This document shows positions 63,150 through 64,000 of a stretch of DNA of 64,000 nucleotides, in pieces (positions within the stretch are counted from its first letter, which is position 1; the number at the start of each line of letters is the position of its first letter). The DNA is from Chiloscyllium plagiosum (lineage: Eukaryota). Position numbers and translations under genes: made by a program. Under the pieces are notes generated by a model. The model searched no databases. It was not told the origin of the DNA and saw only the letters and a list, made by a program, of their open reading frames with translations. Location of the stretch: contig NC_057718.1 of NCBI RefSeq assembly GCF_004010195.1, forward strand, positions 57,522,660-57,586,659, given 5' to 3'.

Positions 63150-63990
63150 TCAAAACTCCAAGACTTAGGTCTGGCTCCGCCCTCTGTAACTGATTCCTCA
63201 GCTTCCTGGACCACTGCAATCAGTGAAGATAGACAACATCTCCTTCATGATAATCCTCAACACTGGCGCCCTGCAAGGATGTGTACTCAGTCCCTCACTG
63301 TACTTCCTGTACACTACGGCTGTGGCGCCAAATTTGCTGATGACACCGCATTGTAGGCTGGATATCAAACAATGATCAGTCAGAATACAGGGCTTGGTGT
63401 CATGGTGGAATAATAACAAACTTTCTCTCAATTTCAGCAAGACAAAAGAACTGATCATTGACTTCAGGAAGCAAGGGAGGGGACATGCCCCTATCTACAT
63501 CAATAGAGCTGAGGTGGATACGGTCGAAAGCCTCAAGTTCTGTGGAGTGCCAATAATCAACAATCTGTCCTGGGCCTCCCACGTCAGTGTGATGGTCAAG
63601 AAATCACAACAACCTTTCTTCCTCAGGAGGCTGAGGAAATTCGGCATGTCCATTTGGATCATCACCAACCTTTACAGATGCACCATAGAAAGCATTCTAT
63701 ATGGATGCATAATAACTTGGTTTGGCATCTGTTATGCCCAGGACTGTAAGAAACTACAGAGAATTGTGTACACAGTCCACACCATCAAGCAAGCCAACCT
63801 TCCATCCATGGACATTATCTATACTTCTTCAGCTGTGGAAAGGCTGCCAACATCATCAAAGACCCCTCCTACCCGGTAGTACTGTGTTCCAACCTTTTCC
63901 AGCAGGCAGAAGATACAGAAGCTTAAACACACATACCAACAGTCTCAAGAGCAGCTTCTTCCCCACTGTTATTAGACTGCTGAATAGAAC
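63150..63990 (+). mobile_element. Rex1/Babar-like LINE, RT C-terminal part
   Basis: TGA.QGCVLSP.LY, KFADDT, then LSLNFSKTKELIIDFRK...FLRRLRKFG...YRCTIESIL.GCI..WFG and SFFPTVIRLLN. Confidence 0.82.
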
Positions 63991-64000
63991 TTTCTAATTT

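Noticed and set aside
1..64000. Prokaryote-style systems (CRISPR array, operons, defence islands)
   Set aside because: No regularly spaced direct repeats; spliced vertebrate exons and LINE/SINE content explain the window
54370..64000. Upstream EFEMP1 exons (signal peptide, modified first EGF)
   Set aside because: No NHYGGYLC-like or other Cys-patterned exon found by eye; probably outside the window

Overview
Vertebrate (almost certainly elasmobranch/shark, inferred from HE1-type V-SINEs and a SacSINE1-like DeuSINE) nuclear DNA. It is not prokaryotic, so most of the supplied ORF track is spurious or transposon debris. One host gene is present: the 3' part of EFEMP1 (fibulin-3) on the minus strand. 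Seven coding exons (54369 down to 31618) have canonical GT-AG ends and splice in frame into about 320 aa: five cbEGF modules plus the fibulin C-terminal domain. The 5' exons were not found and probably lie beyond 64000. The rest is repeat-dense intron and intergenic DNA: CR1 LINEs (one near full length), a near-complete Penelope-like element (PLE), Rex1/Babar, L2, Tx1 and Gypsy remnants, tRNA-derived SINEs and a 318-bp N gap. The most notable signal is a set of about ten minimal type I hammerhead-ribozyme motifs (CUGANGA - helix II - GAAA - NUH) in PLE terminal repeats and in short 100-550 bp TSD-flanked insertions, including head-to-head palindromic doubles in EFEMP1 introns. Minimal hammerheads in PLEs are already known in general, so novelty would lie in these particular families and architectures. 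Also notable is a LINE whose 5' end is a tRNA-like SINE head. Repeat boundaries were read by eye and are approximate; exon and TSD coordinates were counted base by base.
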